Source: Planctomycetaceae bacterium (GTDB lineage Bacteria > Planctomycetota > Planctomycetia > Pirellulales > UBA1268). Taken from it: DNA of 64,000 nt. Shown here piece after piece: positions 39,690 through 48,224 of this stretch. The notes below the pieces were generated by a model. That model made no database searches and was not told the DNA's origin. It saw only the letters and a list, made by a program, of their open reading frames with translations. The position numbers were made by a program, and so were the translations under genes. Where the stretch lies: the NCBI GenBank assembly GCA_021300535.1, contig JAJTED010000019.1, positions 6,367 to 70,366 of the forward strand, given 5' to 3'. Positions within the stretch are counted from its first letter, which is position 1, and each line of letters begins with the position of its first letter.

Positions 39690-40694
39690 TCAGGCGGACC
39701 GCTTGAGCGGGGCGGGCGGAGCCTGCCGGTGCGGACGGGCCAGCCGCTCGTGGGCCTCGTCAATCCGCAGCGTGCGGGCGTCGGCCGAGCCGTCGACTGC
39801 TTGTCGGATCGCTGCGAGCTGCCGAGACCGAGCGGCGTGGGCCCCGAACTGCAGCAGGCCGACGAGCCGCCCCACGAGCATCGGCACCGTGCCGAAGGGG
39901 GCCGATGCTGCAGCGTGCCGCAGGGTTTCGAAGCCGTGGGCCACCAGCCCCGGCAACATTGTTCCCGCGGTCAACGCCCGCCAGAAGAGCTGCTCCGCCT
40001 GGAGGCCGGCCGTGAAGGCACCGGGCTGCGACCGCATCGGTCCGCCGATGACCCGCGAATCGGGCTCCAGCACCACGTCGCCGCCGCAACACGCAAGCAC
40101 GGCCGCCATGTCGGCGTCGGCGAGCCAGTCGCCGCACGCCGTGGAAAACCCGGCCGTGGCCGCGAGCAGGCTGGCGGACCAGAAGCCGGCTTCGAGCACC
40201 GGCGCCGCAGGACGCGGCAGTCGCGCGGCAGCGACGTTCGCCACGGTGCGGGACGAGGGGGCGATCGCCAGCCGCCTGCCGCCGCGTGTGGTGCGGATGC
40301 CCGCCGCGACGATGCGGTCGTCGTCGGCAACGACCAGCGGCACGACCGCGGCCACGCCGCCGCGGGCAAAGTGGGCCAGCGGCCTGTCCGTCCAGCCGGG
40401 AGTTGCCCGCCAGCCGGCCGCGAGCACATGCACGACCCGGCCGGTGGCGGCCGCGATCCCGAGGTTGGTGCACGCCGTCAGGCTCGAGCCATGCGGCGCC
40501 TGCACGAACCGCACCTCTTCGCGGATGCCCCACGGATCGGCGTAGTCGCAGCCCAGCGCCACCACGACCTCGGCGTCGGGCGGCCGATTCTCCAGGACGC
40601 TGACGAGCGAATCCTCGAGGGCCGCGACGTCGGCCGGCGCCGGCACGACGATCGACAGTTCGGGCGCCGACGCCGCGTTACTCGGCATGAACAT
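39690..40694 (-). CDS. glycosyltransferase family 2-like protein, divergent
   Basis: LSIVVPAPADVAALEDSLVSVL...EVVVALGCDY resembles the GT-A N-terminus. The rest is poorly conserved. The start is ambiguous (40706 GTG, 40694 or 40688 ATG). Confidence 0.45.
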   Translation of the reverse strand: MFMPSNAASAPELSIVVPAPADVAALEDSLVSVLENRPPDAEVVVALGCDYADPWGIREEVRFVQAPHGSSLTACTNLGIAAATGRVVHVLAAGWRATPGWTDRPLAHFARGGVAAVVPLVVADDDRIVAAGIRTTRGGRRLAIAPSSRTVANVAAARLPRPAAPVLEAGFWSASLLAATAGFSTACGDWLADADMAAVLACCGGDVVLEPDSRVIGGPMRSQPGAFTAGLQAEQLFWRALTAGTMLPGLVAHGFETLRHAAASAPFGTVPMLVGRLVGLLQFGAHAARSRQLAAIRQAVDGSADARTLRIDEAHERLARPHRQAPPAPLKRSA

Positions 40695-40778
40695 GGATAT
40701 CCCCACTTGCGGTCCGCACCTCCCCAGGCGCAGACCTTTCCCCCGGACCCACCATCATCATCCCGAGCGCCGCGCCGA

Positions 40779-41048
40779 TCAGGCCGCGGCCCGCTGCGGC
40801 TGCAGCTCCGTGAACAGGTTCACGGTGTGCAGCATCTCGCCCTCGGCGTCGTAGAACTGCAGCACGCCCACGTCGATCAGCCACATCGCGAACATCTCGG
40901 CCACGCGATAGCAGCGGGCCACGCACCGGCCGCGGTCGATGCGGATGTTTTCCTGGACGTCGGCCACGTCGTCGGCGTCGGCACCGAGGTGCAGGAAATG
41001 GCGGGAGACGAGGCCACGCACGTCCGCGGCGTTCATGTGCAAGCGCAT
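40779..41048 (-). CDS. small hypothetical protein (89 aa)
   Basis: The ATG at 41048 is preceded by a strong aggagg SD. Composition is coherent and I recognised no family. Confidence 0.45.
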   Translation of the reverse strand: MRLHMNAADVRGLVSRHFLHLGADADDVADVQENIRIDRGRCVARCYRVAEMFAMWLIDVGVLQFYDAEGEMLHTVNLFTELQPQRAAA

Positions 41049-41320
41049 GAGGGGCAACCTCCTGTTGCGGTCTGTCGAGCGACTTCCTGTCGATCGGGCC
41101 GAGGACCTTACTCGGGAGCAGCCGGCGGCGAAAGGCTGGTTTTGCCGGGGCTTTTGCCTTCCCGGGCCGGATTCTGGCCCGCCACCACAAATGGACATCG
41201 GCTCTTGCGAGCGCGGGTGATCACCAATGCATTGCCGCCCTGCCCATCCCGCACGACCCGGCGGCTCTGCCCAGTTTGCCGGCTCGGTTTCGGGTCACCA
41301 GGCCGCGTGCCGCTTTGCGA

Positions 41321-42115
41321 TCACGGCAGGCGGTGTGTCCAGCTCGCGTCGGTGTAGCGGTCGCGGACGAGCCGCGTCACGCGGTCGCGAGGCCAATCGG
41401 TTGCGGCCCGCTCTGCGTTGAAGGCTGCGCGCACGGCGGCCGTGAGGCGTGCGGCTCCCAGGCCGAGGTTGGTGACGAACGCGCCGTGCGGACGGCCGGC
41501 GCGGTAATCGGGCTCGCGGGGCGGATGCCGCAGCACGCGGCCGATGAGGCCGAGGTCGAAGGCGTCGAGGAGCGTGCCGTGGTAGAGCACGCCGTGCCGC
41601 CGCACCCGCAGGGCGTTCCCCGAGATCTTCAGGCCACCCGCCCCGTGTCCGATCGCCAGGTCGCTGGATCCGCGGCGGACCACGTCGCGGCCCGCGGCCC
41701 GCAGGGCGGCGGCGAGCGGGGCGAGCATCGCCGCGTGCAGGGCGTCGATCGGCGGTGGTCCGGCGGGGTGGTGCGTGACGACCGACCACATCAGGCAGCC
41801 CGGCCCGAGCACGACCGACAGCCCGCCGCTGGGCCGGCGGAGCACGCGCACGCCGTGGGCCGCGCAGGCGTCGAGATCGAGCTCGTCCGCGGCGCGGCTC
41901 GAAGAGCCGAGCACGACGGCATGCTCGGCGGCCATCCATGTCCGCACGACCGTTGCCGTGCGCACGCCCTCGTGGGCCTCCTCCAGCAGCGCCTCGTCGA
42001 GGGCGAGCTGCTCGGCGATACCACCCGGCTCCGCCTCCAGCCAGGTGGCCGGCGGGGCCGCGGCGGCGACGGAATCATGCGGCACAGGATCGGCGGCCGG
42101 GCTTCGTTGACGCAC
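41321..42115 (-). CDS. biotin/lipoate A/B protein ligase family protein (LplA/LipB-like)
   Basis: LALDEALLEEA, RRPSGGLSVVLGPG and LKISGNALRVRR..VLYHGTLL follow the BPL_LplA_LipB catalytic-domain pattern (Lys in K-ISG). Confidence 0.65.
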   Translation of the reverse strand: MRQRSPAADPVPHDSVAAAAPPATWLEAEPGGIAEQLALDEALLEEAHEGVRTATVVRTWMAAEHAVVLGSSSRAADELDLDACAAHGVRVLRRPSGGLSVVLGPGCLMWSVVTHHPAGPPPIDALHAAMLAPLAAALRAAGRDVVRRGSSDLAIGHGAGGLKISGNALRVRRHGVLYHGTLLDAFDLGLIGRVLRHPPREPDYRAGRPHGAFVTNLGLGAARLTAAVRAAFNAERAATDWPRDRVTRLVRDRYTDASWTHRLP

Positions 42116-42198
42116 GGGGTTGGCTTCCTAGACTTTGAGCACGCCAGGGACCGATTGCATCCGGGGCGTGACGCCGCATCTCAGGATACCGCCCGTCC

Positions 42199-43230
42199 AT
42201 GGCCGATACGCCGCGCCGCCCGTTCACGCCGGACGATTCACTGCCGCCGGTGGAGCCGCCCAGCGCTGCCTTCCTGGTGCAGTTGTTTCTGGTGCCGGCG
42301 ATCATCGTCGCCATCATCGTCTGTGTTTGGCTGGCATTCCATTGGCTCGCGCAGCTGGGCAACGACCCGCAGGGCTACGTCAAAACGCTGCGGCGCAACA
42401 ACGAGGGCCGCTGGCAGGCGGCCCTGAACTTCGCCAACGACCTCCGCGGGCCCGGTGGCCAGGCGCTCAAGGGCGACGTCGGGCTGGCCCAGGAGCTCGG
42501 CAGCATCCTCGCCGACGAGGTGGCCTCCGGCCGCCCACGGGCGGCGGGGCACGCCGGCGAACAGTCGAAGACGCTGTGCGGCTATCTGTGCCGCGCCCTC
42601 GGTGAGTTCGCCGTGCCCGAAGCGGCGGCGCCGCTCGTGGCCCGGGCAGCCGACGCGTCCGACCCCGACACGGCCCAGGCCGCCGTCGAGGCGCTGGCCG
42701 TGCTGGCCGACAACCTCGCCACGGCCGGCCGATCCTTCACCGACCCGGCGGCCGTGACGGCCGTGCTGCTGTCCGCCGCGGGCAGCGACGACGCGGCCGT
42801 GCGGTCGCGGGCCGCCTACGCGCTGGGCGTGGTCGGCGGCTCCGGCGCGACGGGCCGGCTGCGGGCGCTGCTCGGTGATGCCGCCGACAACGTGCGGTTC
42901 AACGCCGCCGTGGGCCTGGCACGGCAGCACGATCCGGCCGCCTGGGACACGCTCGGCGAGATGCTCGCCCTGCCCGATATCGAGGCGGCCCCCGGTGACG
43001 ATGCGAAGCAGTCGGAGCGGTACAAGCGGGCGCTCGTCGTCCTCAACGGCCTGAAGGCCGTGGGCCTGCTCGTGGACGCCACGCGGTCGCCGCCGCCCGC
43101 AGCCGTGGCCAAGCGGGTCGCGGCCCTGCGCAAGGATCCAGTGCCCGACGTGCGCACTGCTGCCACGGCGCTGGCCGCCAAGCTCGAACGCATTTCCGGT
43201 TCGCCTTCTTCAGTCCCCCAGGAGCAATGA
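42199..43230 (+). CDS. HEAT-repeat protein with an N-terminal TM helix
   Basis: TM helix FLVQLFLVPAIIVAIIVCVWLAF, followed by repeated D..VR..AA.ALG HEAT-type units. Confidence 0.6.
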   Translation: MADTPRRPFTPDDSLPPVEPPSAAFLVQLFLVPAIIVAIIVCVWLAFHWLAQLGNDPQGYVKTLRRNNEGRWQAALNFANDLRGPGGQALKGDVGLAQELGSILADEVASGRPRAAGHAGEQSKTLCGYLCRALGEFAVPEAAAPLVARAADASDPDTAQAAVEALAVLADNLATAGRSFTDPAAVTAVLLSAAGSDDAAVRSRAAYALGVVGGSGATGRLRALLGDAADNVRFNAAVGLARQHDPAAWDTLGEMLALPDIEAAPGDDAKQSERYKRALVVLNGLKAVGLLVDATRSPPPAAVAKRVAALRKDPVPDVRTAATALAAKLERISGSPSSVPQEQ

Positions 43231-43697
43231 CCGCCATGGCCGTCACCACCCAGCAGACGATCGACCTTCTCCTCGAGAGCTACGGCATGGAGCTCGAGAC
43301 TGTGCTCAACTACCTCGCCAACAGCGTCAATCTCGACGGCGTGCGGGCCGAGGAGATCAAGAAGTCGCTCGGCGCCGACGTGCCCGGCGAGATCGCCCAC
43401 GCCCAGCAACTCGCGAATCGCATCAAGCAACTCGGTGGCCACATCCCCGGCTCGAAGTCGATCGGCGCGATGCTCGGCAAGCAGATCCAGCCCGTGAGCG
43501 TCACCACCGACGTGGTGGGCGTGATCAAGAGCGTGATCGCCGCCGAGGAGGCCGCCTGCGCCCAATACAAGAAGATCATCAAGGCGGTCGAGGGAGAGGA
43601 CTACGTGACGCAGGACCTGTGCATCCGCCTCCTCGCCGACGAGGAAGAGCACCTCGTGCAATTCAAGGGATTTTTGAAGGAATATGCGGGCGGCTGA
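43227..43697 (+). CDS. ferritin-like (four-helix bundle, bacterioferritin/Dps-like) protein
   Basis: MELETVLNY...GEIAHAQQLANRI...AEEAACAQYKK...ADEEEHL shows the paired E / ExxH di-iron ligand pattern. It has an ATGA overlap with the upstream HEAT gene and a ggag SD. Confidence 0.65.
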   Translation: MTAMAVTTQQTIDLLLESYGMELETVLNYLANSVNLDGVRAEEIKKSLGADVPGEIAHAQQLANRIKQLGGHIPGSKSIGAMLGKQIQPVSVTTDVVGVIKSVIAAEEAACAQYKKIIKAVEGEDYVTQDLCIRLLADEEEHLVQFKGFLKEYAGG

Positions 43698-43727
43698 CCG
43701 TGAGCCCCCGGCCGCTCGCGGATGTAC

Positions 43728-43801
43728 CCAAGAAGCCTCGGGTGGAAACCCGGGGACACCGGGCATGAAAACCACCCCGCCATCCCTGCGGCACGACGGC
43801 A
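43728..43801 (+). repeat. 74-bp structured intergenic repeat, copy 1
   Basis: Matches 43906..43979 at 73 of 74 positions. It contains the hairpin cctcgggt-ggaa-acccgggg. Confidence 0.85.
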
Positions 43802-43861
43802 GATGATACCGCGGTTCAAACCCGTATCGCATGGCATGCGGGACGGCATGCAGCCCGGAGT

Positions 43862-43888
43862 CCCCCGGCTTCCGCCGGGGGCTTTTTG
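43862..43888 (+). terminator. rho-independent terminator-like hairpin with a T-tract
   Basis: cccccggc-ttcc-gccggggg followed by cttttt. It lies between the two 74-bp repeat copies. Confidence 0.6.
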
Positions 43889-43905
43889 TGGGTGCGTCGC
43901 TCGTT

Positions 43906-43979
43906 CCAAGAAGCCCCGGGTGGAAACCCGGGGACACCGGGCATGAAAACCACCCCGCCATCCCTGCGGCACGACGGCA
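43906..43979 (+). repeat. 74-bp structured intergenic repeat, copy 2
   Basis: Second copy. The hairpin ccccgggt-ggaa-acccgggg is perfect here. Confidence 0.85.
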
Positions 43980-44194
43980 CGTGAGTCCCCTGGTGCGTGT
44001 CGGGCGGAGTCGCGTCGAAACCGCGTCCGGGATGTTTCTGATTGTGAGTCGGGCCGTGCATGCGTTATGCCTGTAGGCCGTGCAGGGATCCATTGCGGAT
44101 CGATCCCGAACAGCGTTGCCTCGGGCTCCCTCCTGCACTGTGAGCGACGGGTGTCGGGCCCGTCGCGAACCGCCTCGCGGATGCCACGGGTCAC

Positions 44195-44914
44195 ATGGAT
44201 ACAACCTCGCGCATCGACTGTGCCGTCGCCGTCGCGCGGGTCGCCGCAGCCGATTGTCAGGATCGCTGGCAGACCCGGGCCGCGGTCGCGTATCCCGCGT
44301 TCGTCTGCCTGCTCGCCGGCCTCGGCATGTGGTGGCTCGGCACCTCCGGCTTCCCGCAAGAAGGCGCGATCGTGTCGCCCATGGGGGCGGTGGCCGCTGA
44401 TCGCGGCAACGGTCGGATGCTGCGGTCGGTCGGCTGGCCGGCGGCCAGTGGTGGCGCGGCCCTGATGGCCGCGGCCGCCGCGTGGTGGTTGAGCCGCCGT
44501 ACGCGGCCACGGCAGTCGGGGCGGCACGAGGCGCTGGCCTGCGAGGTGCGGGCCGCGGCAGCCGCGGCGGGCCTGTCCGCGGCCGACGAAGAGCGGATCG
44601 TCCGCGCGGTGTGTGGCTCCCATGCGCCACGCCACCACGGGCACGGCTCGGCGGCTCCACCGCTGGCCGCGGTTGCCGCGTCGCTCCCGGATCCGCGCGA
44701 ACGGGCCGAGGCACTGCGGGCGACCGCCGATTTTTATTGGCTGCTCGACGACCGCCGGCGCCAGCGCCGCCAATGGCTGCTGCCGGCCTGCGGCATCGTC
44801 ACCGCCGGGTTCGTCGTGCTGCTCTACGGCATCGCGATGTTCGGGCCGCTCGCGGACTTCATGCACGCGATCGCCACGCGGCCGCCGAACGCCTCCGGGA
44901 GCGCGGCGCGATGA
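44195..44914 (+). CDS. GspF-domain-like membrane protein (single T2SSF-like unit), divergent
   Basis: Its C-terminal part (ERAEALRATADFYWLLDDRRRQRRQWLLPACGIVTAGFVVLLYGIAMFGPL) resembles the end of a T2SSF repeat. It has an ATGA overlap with the next gene. Confidence 0.4.
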   Translation: MDTTSRIDCAVAVARVAAADCQDRWQTRAAVAYPAFVCLLAGLGMWWLGTSGFPQEGAIVSPMGAVAADRGNGRMLRSVGWPAASGGAALMAAAAAWWLSRRTRPRQSGRHEALACEVRAAAAAAGLSAADEERIVRAVCGSHAPRHHGHGSAAPPLAAVAASLPDPRERAEALRATADFYWLLDDRRRQRRQWLLPACGIVTAGFVVLLYGIAMFGPLADFMHAIATRPPNASGSAAR

Positions 44915-45804
44915 TGCCCGACGCGCTCCTCCACCGGCATGTCTCCGCGGCGGTCGCCCGCCACGGCGGCATCGTGCCCGCGATCCGCGCCATCGCCGCC
45001 GAGCTTGCGCCGCGCGAGCGCCGGCCATGGGTGGCGATCGCCGACGCCCTGGCCCGCGGCGACGTGGCCGCCGGCGCGACCGCCGCCGCCGCCGATCCGG
45101 CCTGCTGGATGCCGCTCTTTTCCACGCCCGCCGGCGATCCGCGGCTCCTCGGCCGGATCGTCGCGGCCGCCGCAGGACCGCCGGTCGCGACGCCGCGCGG
45201 CTGGCTGCCGCTCGTCGTGCCGCTGACGCTCGTGGCGCTTGCCTTCGGTCTGCTCGGGGCCTTGGCGTTCGGGTTCACGCCGCTGCTCGAGGAGGTGTTC
45301 ACCGAATTAAACATGGAACTGCCGCCGCTCACGCAACGGATGCTCGGCACCGCGGCCTTCATACGCGGCATCTGGAAGCCGCTCCTGCTCGGCGTCGGCT
45401 TGGTGATTGCCGGCTGGGGCCTGACGTGCTGGTGGATACGGCGCGGGCCGGCCGTGGCGGCGGCCTATACGCGGCATCTCGCTCGGCTCGTGGAGAGTGG
45501 TGTGCCGCAGGACGAGGCGGTCGAACTCGCCGCCTGGGCCGTGGGCGTGCCACCGGTGAGCCCGGCCCGGCCGCGCCGGCCGCTGTCGCATGCCGCCGTC
45601 GCAGCGCTCGCCCATGAACCCGCCGTGGCGGGCGGACTGCTCGACGCCGTCGCCGAGTGCCACGCGCTGCGGGTCGCCGGCACGTCGTTCGCGGCCGGTT
45701 CGCTATGGAGCACGCTCGCCTTTGGCGTCGTCCTGCTCACCGTGGGGCTGTACCTGATCGGGATTCTCCTGCCGCTGATCAATTTGATTCGGCAATTCAG
45801 CTGA
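44911..45804 (+). CDS. type II secretion system F (GspF/PilC) family protein
   Basis: FTPLLEEVFTELNMELPPLTQRML is the characteristic T2SSF motif (f..f..eLP..T). The C-terminal TM ends in LLPLINLI. Confidence 0.6.
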   Translation: MMPDALLHRHVSAAVARHGGIVPAIRAIAAELAPRERRPWVAIADALARGDVAAGATAAAADPACWMPLFSTPAGDPRLLGRIVAAAAGPPVATPRGWLPLVVPLTLVALAFGLLGALAFGFTPLLEEVFTELNMELPPLTQRMLGTAAFIRGIWKPLLLGVGLVIAGWGLTCWWIRRGPAVAAAYTRHLARLVESGVPQDEAVELAAWAVGVPPVSPARPRRPLSHAAVAALAHEPAVAGGLLDAVAECHALRVAGTSFAAGSLWSTLAFGVVLLTVGLYLIGILLPLINLIRQFS

Positions 45805-45816
45805 AGGGGTCGTTCG

Positions 45817-47175
45817 TTGTTTCGCCTGCCCACGCCCCGCGCCATCTGGAGAAGCCTCCCCGGCCGCTGGGCGAGCCACGCCGAGTCGGCCCAGGTGGCC
45901 ACGCTCCTGGCGGCCTGCCATGCGTTGGAAGTGGCCCCCGCGCCGCTGCTCGAGGCCTGGGCGCGGGATAGTCGCGGCCGGCAGGGCAGGCGGCTCACGC
46001 AGGCCGCGCGTCACCTCCAGGCCGGCGGTCCGCTCGCAGCCGTTCCCGATTGCGTGCCCGGGCTGATGCGCGACGAGCATGCCGTGGCGGTGCGGTTTGG
46101 CGGGATGACCGGGCTGGTCGTGCCCACCGTGCGGGCCACGCTCGCCGCTGAAGCAGGCGCCGAGGCCGAGGCCCGGCTGCGAGTTCGTGGCCTCGTGCGC
46201 TGGGCCGTGGGGTGGAGCATCCTCGCGGTGCTGGTCACGCTGTTCCTGGCGACCAGGATCGCGCCGCAGACCAAAAAGATCTGGGACGATTTCGGTGTCG
46301 AATTGCCGAGTTCGACCGCGGCTTGGCTGGAAGCGTGTGCGTGGCTGGCGGCCTGCAGGTGGCTCGTCGTGCCGCTGACCGTGATGGGACTCGTGCTCCG
46401 CTTCTCCCCGGCCGTGCGGCAGGCCTTCGCCCAGCCGTTCACGCGTGGCCGGCGGATCGCCGCCGCGCTCGACACGCTGGCGGTCGCGGTCGCCGCCGGC
46501 CAGCCAATCCATGCCGCGGCTGCCACGCTCGCCGCCTGCCAGACCGACGGCCGGCTGGCCGTCCGCCTCGCAGACTGTGGAACACGTCTGCCCGAGCAGG
46601 ATGCGACGGCCGGCCTGCTCACCGCCGCGGAGGGCCGGGAGCTCGCCGCCGCGCCGGCCGCCGCGGCTGCCACGCTCGCGCGGATCGCCGCCCGCCGGCG
46701 CGCTGCCCTGCGCCGGCGGGCGACCGTCTGGCAGCGGGTGATCTCGTTGGGCATGCTCGCCCTGGCCGGTGGGTTCGTGTTCTGGACGGCGATCGCCTTC
46801 TTCATGCCGCTCATCGAGTTGACCGAGCACGTGGCGGGAGTCGCCCGAGCACGGGGGCATGCCGCGCACAAGCCGCGCTGCGGCGGCATTTCGTCCCGGA
46901 CTCTCGACCGTGGAGACGTTGGCGGCCCTGGCACTGCTCGCCGTGGTCATGGCGTCGACGATGCCGGTCTTCGTTCGCCACGGTCGGCTGCTCGCCGATT
47001 CGCGGCAGGAGCGGGTCGCGATCGAGGAGCTCGCCAATCAGGCCGCGTGGCTCGTCGCGCTGCCCGTCGACCGCCGCGCCGCGGCCCTCGCGACGCTCGC
47101 CCCCTCGGCGGTCGCCGCCCGGCGGCTGCCCGGTGCCGAGCTGACGGCCACACGGGGCCCGTCGCCGCTCGGTGA
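45817..47175 (+). CDS. type II secretion system F (GspF/PilC) family protein; the functional end is probably near 46860
   Basis: Two T2SSF units (IAPQTKKIWDDFGVELPSSTAAWL; ...AFFMPLIELTEHV). It has a TTG start with a gaagggg SD. The ORF has no stop until 47175 and its Arg-rich tail overlaps the next gene by 316 nt. Confidence 0.55.
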   Translation: MFRLPTPRAIWRSLPGRWASHAESAQVATLLAACHALEVAPAPLLEAWARDSRGRQGRRLTQAARHLQAGGPLAAVPDCVPGLMRDEHAVAVRFGGMTGLVVPTVRATLAAEAGAEAEARLRVRGLVRWAVGWSILAVLVTLFLATRIAPQTKKIWDDFGVELPSSTAAWLEACAWLAACRWLVVPLTVMGLVLRFSPAVRQAFAQPFTRGRRIAAALDTLAVAVAAGQPIHAAAATLAACQTDGRLAVRLADCGTRLPEQDATAGLLTAAEGRELAAAPAAAAATLARIAARRRAALRRRATVWQRVISLGMLALAGGFVFWTAIAFFMPLIELTEHVAGVARARGHAAHKPRCGGISSRTLDRGDVGGPGTARRGHGVDDAGLRSPRSAARRFAAGAGRDRGARQSGRVARRAARRPPRRGPRDARPLGGRRPAAARCRADGHTGPVAAR

Positions 47176-47275
47176 CCGCGTGGTGCTCAATCTCGCCTGG
47201 CACGCGACCGGCCGCCGCGAGCATCCGCTGTCGCTGGCGGTCTGGCTGCCGGCTCCGCCGGAAGGGACGCCATGA
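46859..47275 (+). CDS. pseudopilin with a prepilin-type N-terminal cleavage/methylation motif
   Basis: FRPG/LSTVETLAALALLAVVMAS has G at -1 and E at +5, followed by a hydrophobic helix. Confidence 0.6.
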   Translation: MPRTSRAAAAFRPGLSTVETLAALALLAVVMASTMPVFVRHGRLLADSRQERVAIEELANQAAWLVALPVDRRAAALATLAPSAVAARRLPGAELTATRGPSPLGDRVVLNLAWHATGRREHPLSLAVWLPAPPEGTP

Positions 47276-47793
47276 AACGGTTCCATCATCCGCTGCACCG
47301 TCGCGGCATGACCCTCGTCGAGGTGCTGCTGACGATCACCGCCTCGACCATGGTCGTGGGCGTGGCGGGAGGGCTCCTGCACCGCGCGCTGCGGCTCGAA
47401 GCGGCGTCGCGCGGGGCGCTGCAGGGGGAACGCACGGCGCTGGTGCTCGCGCGACAGGTTCGTGCCGACATCCGCGCGGCCCGCACCGTGGCCTGCACGG
47501 CCGACGGCCTGCCCGCGGATGTCGTGCTCCGGGTGCAGCCCGCCGGGGAGGCCGCGATCGTGTACCGCGCCGTCCGCGGCGGCCTCGTCCGCGAGCAGGC
47601 GATCCCCGCGAATCGCATCGCCCGCGAGGCGTTTTCATTTCCGGCGGCGGTGCGGTTCGAGTCGGTCCGTGGCGACGGCGTCGTGTCGCTCGTCGGCACG
47701 GGAGGCGGCGAGCCCGGGGAGGGGCCGCCCATCGACATCGAGGTGGTGGCAGCGCTCGGTGCCGGGGCCCGACTCGGGGAGGACCAGCCATGA
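47272..47793 (+). CDS. pseudopilin (GspJ/PulJ-like) with a prepilin-type N-terminus
   Basis: HRRG/MTLVEVLLTITASTMVV, with ATGA overlaps at both ends. Confidence 0.6.
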   Translation: MKRFHHPLHRRGMTLVEVLLTITASTMVVGVAGGLLHRALRLEAASRGALQGERTALVLARQVRADIRAARTVACTADGLPADVVLRVQPAGEAAIVYRAVRGGLVREQAIPANRIAREAFSFPAAVRFESVRGDGVVSLVGTGGGEPGEGPPIDIEVVAALGAGARLGEDQP

Positions 47794-48224
47794 GCCACTC
47801 GCTGGGTCACGCCGCTGCGCCGCCGGCCCGGCGCGGGTCGGTGATGTTCATCACGCTCGCCACGCTCGCGGTCGTGGGACTGATCGCCATGGCGATGGTT
47901 CGCGGGACGATCATCGGCCGCAGGACTCTCCGAGCTGAGCATGCCGTGCGGCAGGTGGAGGCGATCCTCGACGCCGCCGAGTCCCGCGTGCGGTCGCGGC
48001 TCGCGGCCGGCCTGCCCGCCGCCGAGACGATCGACCTGGCCGCCGCCGACGTCGCCGGCACGCATGCGGCGCAGGTCGTCGTCACCGTCGATGCGGATGG
48101 CACCGACGCCTGGCGGGTGCGGATCATCGCCGCCGCGCCCCCAGATGGCCCGGCGTCCGTCCGCCGCACCCGCGACGTGCTGATTCGTTCCCGTTCGTCC
48201 ACTTCCCTGGAGACCAGCCCATGA
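47790..48224 (+). CDS. hypothetical minor-pseudopilin-like membrane protein (GspK-like position)
   Basis: RRGSVMFITLATLAVVGLIAMAM N-terminal helix without a canonical G/E motif. It is ATGA-coupled on both sides. Confidence 0.4.
   Translation: MSHSLGHAAAPPARRGSVMFITLATLAVVGLIAMAMVRGTIIGRRTLRAEHAVRQVEAILDAAESRVRSRLAAGLPAAETIDLAAADVAGTHAAQVVVTVDADGTDAWRVRIIAAAPPDGPASVRRTRDVLIRSRSSTSLETSP

Noticed and set aside
43806-43832. T-arm-like sequence (gcGGTTCAAACCCgt) suggesting a tRNA or tmRNA fragment
   Set aside because: I could not build an acceptor stem, D arm or anticodon arm around it, and the T stem has only four pairs.
43728-43979. Possible CRISPR array
   Set aside because: There are only two repeat copies. 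They are 74 bp long, well outside the usual CRISPR repeat size. The 104-bp interval contains a terminator hairpin, and no cas genes are nearby.
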